This document shows positions 63,603 to 64,000 of a stretch of 64,000 bases of DNA, one piece after another. The stretch is from Octopus sinensis (lineage: Eukaryota), in the NCBI RefSeq assembly GCF_006345805.1, contig NC_042998.1, positions 9,920,001 through 9,984,000 on the forward strand, written 5' to 3'. The notes under the pieces were generated by a model that made no database searches, was not told the DNA's origin, and was given only the letters and a program-made list of their open reading frames with translations. How positions within the stretch are numbered: the stretch's first letter is position 1; the number at the start of each line of letters is the position of its first letter. The position numbers and the translations under genes were made by a program.

Positions 63603-64000
63603 CGAGTATTAAAACATGTAGGTCTGACATTCAAGTAGTATCTAGCATAGCATGCTGGTGCCGCCATCAGAAGCGAATATTTAACTGAATGTGAGAGAAA
63701 ACAACATTTTTTCACATTTACGGGAATTGATAAGGTGAAACGAAACAGATAGAGTTGTAAAATTCTTTAGAAAGAGAACTCAGATTTCAAAGTTAGTCAT
63801 TAAAAATACCAGGGATAACTTGAAAAATGAGTATTATACATAAATGCCGAAAAAGAAACAAAAATACTGCGCATGGAAATAAGGAAATACTTGTAGTGTA
63901 AAGGCATTTCTTAGAGAAACTCAAGGGCAGTAGACAAAACATATAATATAAGCTGTCCTTGAGTATTGATGCTTGAAAATATTCGGTTATCTTTTGAAAC

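Overview
AT-rich, microsatellite- and transposon-dense eukaryotic DNA. The SINE families and repeat load suggest a coleoid cephalopod, probably Octopus (inference, no search run). Three host features are supported: the 3' coding exon of a FAAH2-like amidase (+, 2184-2789), an intact tRNA-Leu(CAG) gene (-, 15715-15798), and a large terminal exon with a Hairy/Orange-like domain (-, 28034-28833). A candidate promoter with a perfect NRF-1 palindrome lies near 37.9 kb. The rest is dominated by five SINE families (labelled A-E here), six ~400-bp non-autonomous Helitrons, a deleted Rep/Helicase Helitron, hAT MITEs with 8-bp TSDs, a decayed hAT transposase and LINE remnants (CR1/L2-like, RTE, R4/Dong-like). 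Most long ORFs in the track are microsatellite artefacts. The most notable unannotated signal is four minimal type-I hammerhead-ribozyme-like motifs in Penelope-type repeats. Two show compensatory stem-I changes and one appears split by an RTE insertion in loop II. Each copy has at least one core defect, so activity is unproven, and such motifs are known from other invertebrates. I see no firm evidence of an entirely new biological system.
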